Source: Mobula hypostoma
Lineage: Eukaryota
Direction of reading: 5' to 3'
NCBI RefSeq assembly: GCF_963921235.1
Contig: NC_086097.1
Span: 130,822,001-130,886,000, forward strand
Length of the DNA: 64,000 nucleotides
The position numbers and the translations under genes were made by a program. Positions 13,361 through 27,848 of the stretch are shown in pieces. Under the pieces are notes generated by a model that saw nothing but the letters and a program-made list of their open reading frames with translations, ran no database searches and had not been told where the DNA came from. Numbering within the stretch: position 1 is the first letter of the stretch; each line of letters starts with the position of its first letter.

Positions 13361-16300
13361 TGAAGGATTTGGACAGATTAGGAGAATGGGCAAGAAAGTG
13401 GCAAATGAAATACAAGGTTGGAAAGTGCATAGTCATGCACTTTGGTAGTAGAAATAAATGTGCAGACTATTTTCGAAATGGGGAGAAAATCCAAACATCT
13501 GAGATGCAAAGGGATTTGGGAGCCCTGGTGCAGAACACCCTAAAGGTTAACTTGCAGGTTGAGTCAGTGGTGAGGAAGGAAAATGCAATGTTAGCATTCA
13601 TTTCAACAGGCCTTTATAAAGCACTGGTGAGGCCTCACCTTCAGTATTGTGAACAGTTTGGGGCTCCCCATCTAAGAAAAGATGTGTTGGCATTGGAAAG
13701 AGTCCAAAGGCGGTTACATAGAAACATAGAAACCTACAGCACAGTACAGGCTCTACGGCCCACAAAGTGGTGCCGAACATGTCCCTACCTTAGAAATTAC
13801 TAGGTTTACCTAAAGCCCTCTATTTTTCTAAGCTCCATGTACCTATCCAAAAGTCTCTTAAAAGACCCTATTGTATCTGATCCCACCACCGTTGCCAGCA
13901 GCCCATTCCACGCACTCACCATTCTCTGAGTAAAAAACTTACCCCTGACATCTCCTCTGTACCTTCTCCCCAGTACCTTAAATCTGTGTCCTCTTGTGGC
14001 AACCATTTCAGCCCTGGGAAAAAGCCTCTGACTATTCACACGATCAATGCCTCTCATTATCTTATACACCTCTATCAGGTCACCTCTCATTCTCCGTCGC
14101 TCCACGGAGAAAAGGCTGAGTTCATTCAACCTGTTTTCATAAGGCATGCTCCCCAATCCAGGAAACATCCTTGTAAATCTCCTCTGCACCCTTTCTATGG
14201 CTTCCACATCCTTTCTGTAGTGAGGTGACCAGAACTGAACACAGTACTCTAAATGGGGTCTGACCAGGGTCCTATATAGCTGCAACATTACCTCTCGGCT
14301 CCTAAATTCAATTCCACGATCAGTGAAGGCCAATATACTGTATGCCTTCTTAACCACAGAGTCAACCTGCGCAGCAGCTTTGAGCGTCCTATGGAATCGG
14401 ACCCCAAGATTCCTCTGATCTTCCACACTGCCAAGAGTCTTACCATTAATACTATATTCTACAATCATATTTGACCTACCAAAATGAACCACTTCACACT
14501 TATCTGGGTTGAACTCCATCTGCCACTTCTCAGCCCAGTTTTGCATCCTATCAATGTCCCGCTGTAACCTCTGACAGCCCTCCACACTATCTACAACACC
14601 TCCAACCTTTACGTCATCAGCAAACTTACTAACCCATCCCTCCACTTCCTCATCCAGGTCATTTATAAGAATCTTAAAAAGTAAGGGTCCCAGAACAGAT
14701 CCCTGAGGCACTCCACTGGTGACCGACCTCCATGCAGAATATCACCCGTCCACAACCACCCTTTGGCAAGCCAGTTCTGAATCCACAGCAGCCTGGGGAT
14801 CTCATCCGGTCCTGGCGACTTATCCAACTTGATGTTTTCCAAAAGCTCCGTACCTCCTTTTTCTTAATATCTACATGATCAAGCTTTTCAGTCTGCTGCA
14901 AGTCAGCACTACAATCACCAAGATCTTTTCCATAGTGAGTACTGAAGTAAAGTATTCATTAAATACCTCTGCTATTTCCTCCGGTTCCATACATACTTTC
15001 TCACTGTCACACTTGATAGGTCCTATTTTTTCACGTCTTATCCTCTTACTCTTCACATACTTGTAGAATGCCTTGGGGTTTTCCTTAATCCTCCCGCCAA
15101 GGCCTTCTCATGGCCCCTTCTGGCTCTCCTAATTTCCTTTTTAAGCTCCTTCCTGTTAGCCTTATAATCTTCTAGATCTCTAACATTACCTAGCTCTCTG
15201 AACCTTACGTAAGCTTTTCTTTTCTTCTTGACTAGATTTATTACAGCCTTTGTACACCACGGTTCCTGTACCCTACCATAACTTCCCTGTCTCATTGGAA
15301 CGTACCTATGCAGAACTCCACACAAATATCCCCTGAACATTTGTCACATTTCTTCTGTACTTTTCCCTGAGAACATCTGTTCCCAATTTAAGCTTCCAAT
15401 TTCTTGCCTGATACCCTCATAATTCCCCTTACTCCATTTAAATGCTTTTCGAACTTGTCTGTTCCTATTTTTCTCCAATGCTATGGTAAAGGAGATAGAA
15501 TTATAATCACTATCTCCAAAATGCTCTCCCACTGAGAGATCTGACACCTGACCAGGTTCATTTCCCAAAACCAAATCAAGTACAATCTCTCCTCTTGTAG
15601 GCTTATCTACATATTGTGTCAAGAAACCTTCCTGAACACACCTAACAAACTCCACCCCATCTAAACCCCTTGCCCTAGGGAGATGCCAATCGATATTTGG
15701 GAAATTAAAATCTACCATCATGACAACTCTGTTATTATCACATCTGTTTTCCTATCTGCTCCTCGATATCCCTGTTACTGTTGGATGGCCTATAAAAAAC
15801 ACCCAGTAAAGTTATTGACCTCTTCCTGTTCCTAACCTCCACCCACAGAGACTCCATAGACAATCCCTCCATGACTTCCTCCTTTTCTGCAGCTGTGACA
15901 CCATCTCTGATCAATAGTGCCACGCCCCCAACTCTTTTGCCTCCCTCCCTGTCCTTTCTGAAACATCTAAAATCCGGCACATGAAGTAACCATTCCTGTA
16001 CCTGAGCCATCCAAGTCTCTGTAATGGCCACCACATCATAGCTCCAAGTATTGATCCACGCTCTAAGCTCATCCACTTTGTTCACAATACTCCTTGCATT
16101 AAAATAGACACATCTCAAACCGTCCGTCTGAGCGTGTCCCTTCTCTATCACCTGCCCATCCTCCCTCACACACTGTCTCCAAGCTTTCCTCTACTTGTGA
16201 GCCAACCGCCTCTTCCTCAGTCTCTTCAGTTCGATTCCCACCCCCCAACAAATCTAGTTTAAACTCTCCTCCAGTAGCCTTAGCAAACCTCCCCGCCAAG

Positions 16301-16930
16301 ATATTGCTGCCCCTGGGATTCAAGTGCAACTCAGCCTTTTTGTACAATTCACACCTGCCCCAAAAAAGGTCCCAATGATCCAGAAATCTGAATCCCTGCC
16401 TCCCGCTCCAATCCCTCAGCTACGCATTTATCCTCCACCTCATTCTATTCCTATACTCACTGTCGCGTGGCACACAAGGATGATTCTGGGAATGAAAGGG
16501 TTATCATATGAGGAACGTTTGATGGCTCTGGGCCTGTACTTGCAGGAATTTAGAAGGACGAGGGAGGATCTCATTGAAACCTTTTGAATGTTGAAAGGCC
16601 TATTGAGAGTACATGTGGAAAGGATGTTTCCCATGGTGGGGGAGGCTAAGCCACAGTCTCAGGATAAAGGGGCGTCCATTTAGAACAGAGATGCGGGAAA
16701 ATTTCTTTAGCCAGAGGGTGGTGAATTTGTTACCACATGCTGCTGTGGGGGCAAGGTCGTTGGTCGTTAAGATAGAGCTTGATAGGTTCTCGATTGGACA
16801 CAGCATCCCAAGGTTATGGGGAGAAGGCCGGGAAATGTGATTGAGGAGGGGGAAAAAGGATCAGCCATGATTAAATGCCAGAGCAGATTCGATGGGCCAA
16901 GTGGCCTAATTCTGCCCCAATGTCTTATGG
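13361..16930 (+). mobile_element. CR1 LINE B, 3' fragment inserted in CR1 A (13361-13715 plus 16473-16930)
   Basis: KDLDRLGEWARKWQM...LERVQRR|FTRMI continuity across the minus-strand insert; own 3' tail ending CAATGTCTTATGG. Confidence 0.75.
13716..16472 (-). mobile_element. CR1 LINE C, 5'-truncated within ORF1, with an internal deletion; inserted in CR1 B
   Basis: ORF 13806..14711 (PQGSVLGPLLF, KFADD, VRPHLEYCVQFWSP) and EN ORFs 15738..16169 and 15344..15721; (TTCTATGT)n tail at 13716. Lacks the segment present at about 49535-49975 in the sister copy. Confidence 0.92.
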
Positions 16931-19900
16931 AAAATTAAGGAGACCGTAATCGTAATATGATAGAATTTATGCTGCAGTTTAGGAAAGAGAAGCTAAAATC
17001 TGATCTATCAGTATTGCAGTGGAGGCATGAGAAAGGACCTGGAAAAAGTTGATTGGAAAGGTTCACTATCAGGGCTAACAGCAGAACAGCACTGGCTGGA
17101 GTATCTGATAGCAATTCAGAAGCCGCAGGAAAGATACATATCAAAGATGGAAGAAGAGTTCCAAAGGGAGGATGAGGCAACAGTAACTGCAAGAGAATAG
17201 TGGGAGAACTGGAGGATTCAGAAGCTTTTGAAAAAACAACAGAAGGCAATTAAAGAAAGTAAAGATGAAACATGAAGGTAAGCTAGCCAATGATATCAAA
17301 GAGGATACCAAAAGTTTTTCAGATAAAGAGTAAAAAAGAGGGAAGAGTGGATATTGGATCAGTGGAAAATGTCACTGAAGAGGGAGCAATGGGGGACAAA
17401 GAAATGGTGGGCAAACTTAATCAATATTTTGCTTCAGTCTTCAGAGTGGAAGACACTAGCAGAATGCTGGAAATGCTGGAGTGTCAGGATGCAGATGTGA
17501 GGGTCGGCACTAAGGGGAAAATGCTTGGGAAGATGAAAAGTCTGAAGGTAGATAAGTCACCTGGACCAGATGGACTACACCTCAGGGTTCTGAAAGAGGT
17601 AGTTGAAGAGATTATGGAGGCATTAGTAATGATCCTTCAAGAAACACAACATTCTGGAATGGTCCTGGAGGACTGAAATGTCACCCCACTGTTTAAGAGA
17701 GGGAGGCAGAAGAAAGGAAATTATAGGCCATTTAGCCCGACTTCAGTGGTTGGAAAGAATTTGGAGTCTTTTACTAAGGATAAAGTTTCGGGGTCCTTGG
17801 AAGAACACGACAAAATATACCAAAGCCAGTACGGTTTCCTTAAGGGGAAATCTTGCCTGACAAAATCTGCTGTAATTCTTCCAGAAAATAACAGGCAGGG
17901 TTGACAAAGGAGTGGTGCTGTTTATTTGGATTTTCATTAAAGTTTTGACAAAGTGCCACATAAGGCTGCTTAACAAGATAACAGCCCATGGTATTACAGG
18001 AAAGATACTAGCATGGATAGAAGATTGACTGACTGGTGTCTAGTGGTGTGCCGCAAGGTTCGGTGTTGGGATCGCTTCATTTCATATTATAAGTCAATGA
18101 TTTGGATGAAGGAGTTGATAGCTTTATGGCCAAGTTTGTGGACGATGCAAGGATAGGTGGAAGGACAGGTAGTGTTGAGGAAGCAGGCTGTCTGCAGAAG
18201 GACTAAAATTGGGAGAATGGGAAAATAAGTGGCAGATGGAATATAGTGTAGGGAAATACGCAGTCACGCACTTTGGTAACAGGAATAAAGACAAGGACTA
18301 TTTTCTAAATGGGGAGAAAATTCAAAAATCAGAGATGCAAAGGGATGTGGGAGTCTTCATGTAGGATTCACTAAAGGTTAACTTGAAGGTTGAGTCGGGG
18401 GTTAGAAAGGCAAATGTAATGTTAGCATTCATTTTGAGAGAACTAGAATACAAGAGTAAGGATGTAATGCTGAGGCTTTATAATGCATTGCTGAGGCCTC
18501 ACCTGGAGTATTTAGAGCAGTTTTGAGTCCCTTATTTAAAAGATATGCTGGGATTGGAGAGAATACAGAGGAGGTTCACAAGAATAATCCCAGGAATGAA
18601 ATGGTTAACATACGAGGAGCAACTGATAGCTCTGGACCAGTGCTCACTGGAGTTTAGAAGGGGGGGGTGGTCTCACTGAAGCCCATTGAATATTGAAAGC
18701 CCTAGATAGAGTGAATGTGGAGAGGATGATTCTTCTCATGGGGGAATCTAGGTCTGAGCAGCACAGTCCCAGAATAGAGGGTTATTCATTTCGAACAGAA
18801 ATGAGGAAAAGTTTCTTTAGCAAGAGGCTGGTGAATCTGTGGAATTCATGGCCACGGATGGCTTTTCATGCCAAGTGATTGGATATAGTTAAGGCACAGG
18901 TCGATAGATTTTTGACTAATCAGGGCTTCAAAGGTTACAGGGGTGGGGGGGGGGTGCGGAGGCAGGAGAATGGTGCTGAGAGGGATGATCAATCAGCCAT
19001 GACGGAATGGTGGAGCAGACTCGATGGGCCAAATAGCCTAAATCTGTGTCTATGTCTTATGGTCACTCAGTGAAGATGAATATATCTGATTTGACAATGA
19101 TGTAAAGAATAGATATAACTTATTTCTGGTCTCCAAATACAGTAAATGGAAATTATAAATGGTCTTCAAAAAGAAAAAAATAAATTCTTAGAAAACATAT
19201 CTCAAATCAAATGCTGGAGAGTGGCATCTATTAGCTTTAATGCTTGGTGCTAAAGGACTCCTAAAGCTTGAGAATCAACTTTTACATGACTACTGCAACA
19301 TTGAATATTTTTTTAAAACTATGTTTTTGATTTATACTGAATATTATTTTTCTGTGAAGGCCTAATTTTTTTTTAAAATATCCTTAATAGGTAGAGAAGG
19401 CACTTTGGTATTCAGATTTGATTAAGAAATTTCCAAGAATACAGAATGATGATAGCTGGGGAAGCCAGGTACAGTATTCAGTATTTTAAAAGACTAACAT
19501 TGAAGTATTACCTTTCAATTAGGTTATGGTAAATACAAAACAAGATTAAAATTAAGATGCAGCTAAAAATTCACTAAGGACATCTACCCACATTTTAATA
19601 CTGCAATTCAATTTCACTATCATTTTAATAGAAACAAATTCTTATTCTGTATTTCTGAACAGTGACCTACTGGTAGGACTAATCTCAGTAAGGACATTAC
19701 AAAGCAGAGTGGTCAGCATGTTTGAATAATAATGCTCACTTTATTCAGAAATGTGCAGTGAAGTCTGATGTAACAGCGGACATTCTGTTGCCTTGCAAAG
19801 CTTATATTGGGTTTACCTTGAGCAGTATTTTGCTAATTGGTACAAACAGCTTTTATACTTTAAAGCAGAGTAATATCTAAATAAATTGCAGTGTTGTTCT

Positions 19901-21291
19901 TGAATTATTTTAACTTCATGGCACAATTACACTTGTTAAATATAATGACCATACCTATCCTAATAATGCATGGCAAATTTTTAGGGGAATTGATATTATT
20001 CAGAGCTAACAATGCTAGTCTGAAGGAAGGCATAATGATACATCCCATTATTATTCATGCAATGAGTCAGAGCACCTACCTCTGTGTCAGAGACAGTTGA
20101 AAGCATCTTTTTATTAGAAAAACAAATCAATATGCTCTAGGGCTTACAATAACTGCTGCAGGCAATTTGTATTATCACTCCTTTCACAGGGATCTGCGCT
20201 CGGAATAACTTATGACAATGAACACTATGAAACGACTGACTGTCACAATTGACAAGTTGTAGTGCTTTTTTTTTGATAAGTTCAATCACGTGAATTTTCA
20301 TCATGCTCACTATATCATTACTACAAGTGATTAAATACATTTTGGTTAAGACGTGGTAAAATACTATGCCTATCATAAACAAGTCTTCATAAATTATTAG
20401 CTACATCCAAAGTTTAGTTCCTGAAAGTGCACAAAGTAATGGACATTGGGAAACCTGTCTTAAAATTTAGATGCATTCAATCTGGTTTCAGATTTTCAAA
20501 GTCACCTATCTAACAAAGCTTTGTTGAATGCGCTAAGCCCCTAAAAGACAAATAGAGAATCGTGTTATCTTATGGTGAGCAGCAACAGCGACTTCTTCGT
20601 ATTTTTATCTCTATAAAAGTGCCTATCTGTACAATAACAGGAAAGAGTAAATGGAAATAATGCAATTTAGTAAATTCAGAATAGAGCACTGTAAAAGCAA
20701 TAGCAGTATTGATGCCAAAGGTCTTTAAAGCCATCTCTGCAGCTCGTTACGATTCTTACCCAATTGAAATGCACTTTATAGATTAAATACACAAACCATT
20801 TTGATCAATTATGTTAAGTTAGGTCACTTTTAAATAAATTACATTATTTTTATGCATACCTAAATCACTCGTGCCTGAAAGCAAGAACAAAAAAAAACAC
20901 CAAAAAAATGATAGAGGATGGTAGCCAGCAGCAATTAGCAGAAGAAAAGGTTTTGTGAAATTTCAAATTTGATTCATTCCTGCTTTCTCTAAGGTCAATA
21001 CTATTTACTCATCAAGAATCTGTTTGGTATTCACATGTTATGCCTTAACATGTTTGACATTGTACTCGATTTGTGAAGTGGTTTCTGTCTCAAGGCAGAA
21101 TATGCATTTGGAAGCATGATTTCTGAACTTCAATTTGCACAAAAAAGATAAAGGTAAAAATTTGTAAACTAAACATGTCAAAGTAAGCATGAAATAGGGA
21201 TTGGATGGAGAAATTGGCTGCCACAGATCCAAAAAACTAATTATATACAATGAGAGGAAAAAAGGCAGTTCAAAACTATATTCAAATTTAC

Positions 21292-21368
21292 CTTATTTTT
21301 AGGATTGGAAGTGTTCATTACACTGCGAGTTTCTTTTCCTGTGTATATTACCACCCCTATCACAGTGC
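21292..21368 (-). CDS. ATP9B: ATP9B coding exon; 77 nt, (G)[25 protein letters not shown]
   Basis: Acceptor tttacAG (21369-21370) and donor GTaaat (21290-21291); phase 1/0. Carries the P-type ATPase GVVIYTGxET motif and sits within ORF 21241..21432. Confidence 0.96.
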
Positions 21369-23349
21369 CTGTAAAACAAAAACTATAATAAATTGAAAGG
21401 TTCAGAATCAAAGAGACATTGCCAATTTTCACTGATGTAAGAAAGCTGACTTGACAAAATTATGGATCAATTTCCTTAAAAGCATATTATTCTAAAATAA
21501 TATTTTACTCTGCAATGCTGGAATCCACATTCACAAAATAAAAATTTTGAGCCACACCCTCGAATAGTTGGAAAAACATAACTGAAAGCTATAAAAGATA
21601 AAATTAAATAGAAAAATGATGTACTTGCAGATTAGAAAATTGCATCTCTGAACAAGACAGGCAATCAATAACTGCATTTTGTTCATTATAACAATTTCAA
21701 CTTTATTTATAATGTGATCATTTTTACAGGTCAACATAGTTATTTTAGAGTCACTATATCACAAAATATAGAGAGCACTGAATTTTGAAACCATCCAGAG
21801 AATAAACAAATATTAGACGCAGTGAATTGTATTTGGCAGTCAAGAAGGCGAGAAGAATTAGCAAACAACTCATTAAAGGTACTGAATTACAGTACAGACA
21901 GACTAGCATCACAATGAATGTTGTTAACAATTCAGAATTTCAACCTTCCAACACTAACAAGCTTTGAAAGACACCAACCTCTCTGACCTTTACTTGCCCT
22001 TTGAACACGAAATACAATAGTGTGGAGCAGACCAAAGCACAAATTATTACGCTACTTACAAATACAATAAAGATTACAGAAAATAGACTGCTCATTTATT
22101 CATCAACCGATTTAAAAAAGATGTCACTACTCAAGAACAATTATACTACAAAAATAGTTTAATTTTCATCTGGTCCCTGAAAGGATTAAAATCTCAATGC
22201 TACAAAGTTAATTTTCTCATGTAAAAGAAATTCTGGGGAAAAAAGCACCTTGCAAATTTACTAATGTGCCTGTGGTTGGTAGTTACAGACAAAATCCTGT
22301 TTAGACACACAGTCACTACATATCGAGGTCAATCTGTGGATCAAGGTCAGACTGGGGAAGAGTGCTTAGGGAATTGTGTGGGGAACACCTCAAAACGTTC
22401 AGCTCCTATTGCTGCTGCACTGACAATTACAGTGGAGACAGGCCACAGATCAATACTGTGGAGGATCACTAAAACCATACTGATGTAAGTATATGAGGGT
22501 TCAATGCACAGCGGAATACTAAGATGCAATAAATCCAGACGATAAGTGTCCCATTAGTATTTTTATTAGTTGATGCCATTTCTGAAAGGTTTATTAATAA
22601 GGCATAAGTGGTATATTGATACAAGAAGGTCCCTGTTGGATATTACAAAGCAAACCACAAGTATAATATAGCAATGTAGATGAAAAATGCATTCACTCAG
22701 CATTTGTTTCAACTAATGGCTTGTAATAAACCATCTTAGTACACTGCTACGTTCTAAACAGAAGGAAAAATGCCAAATCCACTATTCCAGTTACTTAACC
22801 AGAGCTCTGCTACGTGCACTAGGCCATTAGTGGACCCAAAAACTTAAAAATCACTCGCTTGTGGAAAAAAAATTTCTACGTGTTAATGTAAAAACATCCT
22901 ACACATGCAAAACCTTGAAGCACTGAAAGGCTGCTTAAACATGAGCTTCAGTGTAATCAGGTTTCTCAGGTGTGTTAAAACTGTTGAAGCTATTGCTACT
23001 TGCCAAGGCAATTTCTGATGACGTATTTTCATTACAGTACACCATCTTAACCATTGAATAACTTTGAACAGTGCTATCAGCTCAGGTATAAACAAAGGAA
23101 ATTGCATTTCGTTTGACCACCAAAGGGACAGACTGCCAGCGCCCTTTCTACTCAATTGAAACCCTGAGCAAACTATGCCAGAATCTGTTCGTCAGAACTG
23201 CCACTGAATGCTCTACTTAAACTTATCATTGTGGTTATCAGAATCAGATTTATCACTGACAAATGATGTGAAGTTTATTATCTTGTGGTAGCAGTCCAGC
23301 TCAGACATTAAAAAAATTAAGTAACGAAAATAAATAACGCGAAAAAAAG

Positions 23350-24375
23350 GAGCAACACACACAAAATGCTGGAGGAACTCAGCAGGCCAGGCAGCATCTA
23401 GTAAAAGAGTACAGTCGACGTTTCAGGCCAATACCTTTTGGTAGGATTGGAGAAAAAAAGCTGAGGAGTAGATTTAAAAGGTGGCGGGGGGGGTGGTGGG
23501 AGAGAGAAACACAAGGTGATAGGTGGAACCTTAAGAGGGAGAGGATGAAGTAAAGAGATGGAAAGTAAATTGGTGAAAGAGACTGAAGGCCATGGAAGAA
23601 AGAAAAGGGGGAAGGAGCACCAGAGGAAGGCGATGGGCAGGCAAGGAGATAAGGTGAGAGAGGGAAAAGGAGATGGGAAATGGTGAAGGAAAGGGGGCGG
23701 GGGGCATTACCAGAAGTTCGAGAAATCTATGTTCATGCCATCAGGTTGGAGGCTACTCAAACGAATATAAGGTGTTCCCCCAACCAAGTGTGGTCTCATC
23801 ACGACAGTGGAGGAGGCTACTGATAGACATATCGAAATGGGAATGGGAAGTGGATTAAAATGGGTGGTCACTGGGAGATCCTGCTTTTCCAGGCAGATGG
23901 AGCATTGGTGCTTGGAGAAGCAGTCTCCCAATCTACGTCAGGTCTCACTGATATACAGGAAACCACACCAGGAGCACCGGACATAGTATATGACTCCAAC
24001 AGATTCACAGGTAAAGTGTTGCCTCACCTGGAAGGATTGTTTAGGGCCCTGAATGGCAGTGGGGGAGGAAGTGTAGGGGCAGGTGTAGCACTTGTTCTGC
24101 TTGCAAGGATAAGTGCCAGGAGGGAGATCAGTGAGGAGGAATGAATGGACAAGGGAGTCACGTAAGAGCAATCCCTGTGGAAAGCAGAAAGTGGAGGGCA
24201 GGGGGTTGGGGGAGGGAAAGATGTGCTTGGCGGTGGGATCCTGTTGGAGATGGCGGAAGTTCAGGAGAAATATGTGCTGGATGCGGAGGCTGGTAGGTGA
24301 GGACAAGAGGAACCCTGTCCCTGGTAGAGTGGTGGGAGGATGGAGTAAGAGCAGGCGTGCATGAAATGCAAGAGA
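23350..24375 (-). mobile_element. Penelope-like element 3' fragment (GIY-YIG and 3' end)
   Basis: ORF 23938..24306 (CKQNKCYTC, GVIYYVRCSWCGFLYISET); homologous to 46000-47046. Confidence 0.85.
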
Positions 24376-24404
24376 GTGGGGAATAACAGGTAATGCTCAT
24401 GGAG

Positions 24405-25660
24405 CATTTAGAAATCTGATGGCAGAGGGAAAGAAGCTGCTCCTAAATCATTGTACATGGCTTCAGGCCCCTGTACCTCCTTCCATGGTAACAGTAATAA
24501 GATGCGGGCTTTTCCCAGATAGTCAGGGGTCCAAGTGAAGGATACCACTAACTTAAAGCACTCCCTCTTGAAGATGTCCTTGATGGTGGGATGGGTGGTG
24601 CCTGATAGAGATCGATGAGCAGAGAACCTTCTGCAACCTCTTGCAATCCTGTGTATTGGAGCCACCATATGAGGCTCTGATGCAAATAGTCAGAATGCCC
24701 TGCACCACAGATCCATAGAAATTGTAAACATCTTTGGTGACATACCAAATCTCCTAAAACTCCGAATGAAGTATAGCAGTTAGCGTGCTTTCTTCATGAC
24801 TGCATCAATCTGTTAGGCACAGGATAGATCTTTTGAGATGTCGATGCCCAGGAATTTGACACTGTTCACCCTTTCCACCACTGACTCTAAAACAAGGACT
24901 GGTGTGTGTTCTCCCAAATTCCCCTTCCTCAAGTCCTTGACCCTGCTACAGAATGCAAGGTTGCAGTTGTGACATCTCTGAACCTCAGCCAATCTCACTC
25001 CTGTAAGCCTCCTTATTGCTATCTGATGTTCTACCAACAATAGTGGTAATCATCATTAAATTTATAGATGGTGCCCGAGCTGTGCTTAGCCACAAGGTCA
25101 TTAATGTAGAAACAGTACAGCAGTGGGATAAACCTGCCTCCTTGCAGTATGTCTTTGTTGATAATCTGCAAAGAGGAAACATTATTACCATTTCACGCTG
25201 ACTGTTGTCTCCCAATAAGCAAGTTGCAATGTGAGATAGAGACCCAGGTTTTGAAGCGTGGGAGAGCGGAAGCCAATAAAGTGTCTGCTGCAGACCTGTT
25301 ATGGCAATAGGTGAATTGCAGTGGGTTCAGGTTCTTGTTCAGGCAGGGGTTAATTCCAGCTATCAACCAACTCAAAGCACTTGATTATAGTAGATCTGAG
25401 AGGTATTGGTCGCAAGTCATTGAGGCAGCTGGCACTGCAATTCTTGGGTACTGGAAAGATCACTGCCCTGTGGAAGCAGGCAATAACCTCAGATTACAGG
25501 AATGAAAGGTTGAAGATGTCTTGGAATATTCCAGCCATTTGGGAGGCACAGGTTCTCAATATACAGCCAAGTACACCTTCAGGACCTTTACCTTGTGAGG
25601 GTTCACCATCTTGAAAGAAGCTTAGATTTCAGCCTCTGAGACAGCATTCACAGGGTTGTT
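24405..25660 (-). mobile_element. Heavily degraded Rex1/Babar-type LINE RT remnant
   Basis: VNSVKFLGIDISKDL and LNPLQFTY motifs among frameshifts. Confidence 0.65.
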
Positions 25661-26089
25661 GGATGCTGTTGGGATTTTGTACATGCTGCCCAATTATCTA
25701 TCAACTTCATGTGTTTTAGGAATTAAATTGGCTCCCAGTCATTGAGCAATTCTATTTTAAATGAAAACACAAAATGTTGTGAACAGGCAGGAAGATTGAA
25801 GAAAGGTTTTTTATATGCTCCATCAGGAAAGTAAAAAAAATCTACAAAATGAGAATAGCTCATTTAAATTTTCAGCTTACAAGGACTCCTTCCAACTCCC
25901 AACATACAACCACTGCTGCTACAATTGCCTCTACCTCCTCCCTCTATTCAAGTGAAACGTTGCTGAAATTCTAATCCACACTTTTCCAAATCGAGTTATT
26001 CCAATGCCTTCTTATCTGACCTTCCTAAACCAACTATTACCTTGAGCTTATTATTCGTCCACTTGCAGGAAGTGGTCATTGTTAGTGAC

Positions 26090-26480
26090 ACCAATATTTA
26101 TTGCCCAGGTCTGTACTGGGGAGGTCCTTCCTTAAATTGTTGCAGTGTTGCAAGGAGATCCAAGGTTTAGATGGGGTGTTGGTGCAGTATTTCCAGGTTC
26201 AAATGATGCTCAACCTTGAAAGGGAAGTTGCCAGTGCAGCTGTTCCCATGTACACCTTACTTTCTGCCCTCCTAGCCAGAAGAGGTCATGGTCTGAACGG
26301 TACCACATTAACACATTTGATGAGTTGCTGCACTTTGCTGATAATATACAGTACACTGCATCAGTCGCAAGGCTGTGAATGTTTGGAGGGATAAGCAAGC
26401 AGACTGCTTTGTCTTAAATAGTACAAGTTTCTGCAGGGTAATTGGATTTCTTCGGAAGAGTTGATTGAGAGACTAAGTCA
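26090..26480 (-). mobile_element. Old degenerate LINE 3' region, family uncertain
   Basis: Resembles remembered chondrichthyan LINE 3'UTR sequence; no clean ORF. Confidence 0.35.
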
Positions 26481-27848
26481 CCCTTCAGCTGATAGCTCCC
26501 TTCCACAGGATTTTCCTATTTGTTATTTTCTGAAAAGTCACAATAATTCACAACTTAAGTTTGCTGGACTTACACTAAGATCCCCTGTACTTTGAAAGTA
26601 ATATGGCAGAGGCAAACTGTTTAGAAATGGATACAGAATGTGCCTTTCAGATACACAGAAAATACACTTAAAATACACTTAACAATGGCCACATTGTTAA
26701 GACAAGGCAGTCTCTGCAACTGGAATAATGACAACATCTGAGTTCAGAGGCACAAAATAGATTGGATACAATAAAAAATGATTTTAGGTCGTGAATAAGT
26801 TAAAGGTTAAAGAAATTCGGTATTCCAATGCTGAAATCTACTGCTCTACAATATAACATTTTAACAAGTGAGTGGTATCCCAATCTCCATAATTAGTTTC
26901 TATACTCTGCAAATTAAGGGAAATGAAGAGTAAGAATAGGTTGAAGCTTTCAAGCCCTGGACAGTTGTTATTGGAAAAAGTCATGGTAGTTCTTACCACT
27001 CAAACCACAGGTCTTGAACTCTCTTTGCTAATTATGTACATGAATCTCAGGGATTTTACAGCAATTTCATGAACAAGGCCTAGATTTTGAGGCCTTGCAC
27101 CAATAATTAACTTTAAAATCTCACAGCTGAAAATCTAGGTAAATTATTATCTCCCTTTCACTTCGGAAAAACAGGCAACTATTCGAATAACAAACAGCAG
27201 GTTTCTCCCCACCACATTCTCAGCCATGATGCAGGGTCTTGACCTAAATCACTGACTGTCCCTTTCCTTGACTTTTTGATTTCCTCCAGCAGTTTTTTGG
27301 GGGGTTCTTTGCACCTAATTCCACCACCCGCAGTGTCAAGTCTCCATTTTGTTGCACTATTGTGAAGTTTCTTCACAGTGTGCCAACTTTGAAGGTGCTT
27401 TCTTCCTTTAATTGATAAGAGTTCCGTGAATTCCTTTGACTGCTCTCCATCAGTGGTTTCTATTATTCTACTCTTCAACCATGTTTTTACCAAGCACCTG
27501 GTTACATCCAAAACCAGTTGCATCCCTCTCTCTCACTTCTTTATTCATCCTTTTGCACTCTCAGTTCTGGAAAACACTGACAATCCTTTGCCTCCACAGA
27601 TACTGTTTCATGCACTGAGTTCATCCAGGAAGTTTGAAGTGATACAAAGATATAGCACTGGCACATTCAATGGAATTTCAGTGGTGTTCATGAATAACTT
27701 CACCATGCCTGTTTGCAAAAAGCAATAAATCTTCTGTTATTTGCCCCTTTATTTTGAACCATGATATCTGTCATTTAAATTTCTCCTGCCTTATACCCCA
27801 TGACATTCCTTTTCCTTATTTTCTCACTAATTTTTTTTGTACTTGGTA

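Larger units (their letters stand above)
12672..19065 (+). mobile_element. CR1 LINE A (host): 12672-13360 plus about 16935-19065, degraded EN and RT with 3' tail
   Basis: EN reading DLIRELK.. resumes at about 16935 with ..NMIEFMLQF; RT motifs KSPGPDGLH and KFVDD; CR1-type 3' end. Candidate TSD GTGAAGA at 12665-12671 and 19070-19076. Confidence 0.75.

Noticed and set aside
13180..13803. 207-aa ORF that looks like a compact EN-RT fusion protein
   Set aside because: Accidental chimera of three nested CR1 copies; no complete domain.
21241..21432. ORF 21241..21432 as a standalone gene
   Set aside because: Only 21292-21368 is exon; the rest is intronic read-through.
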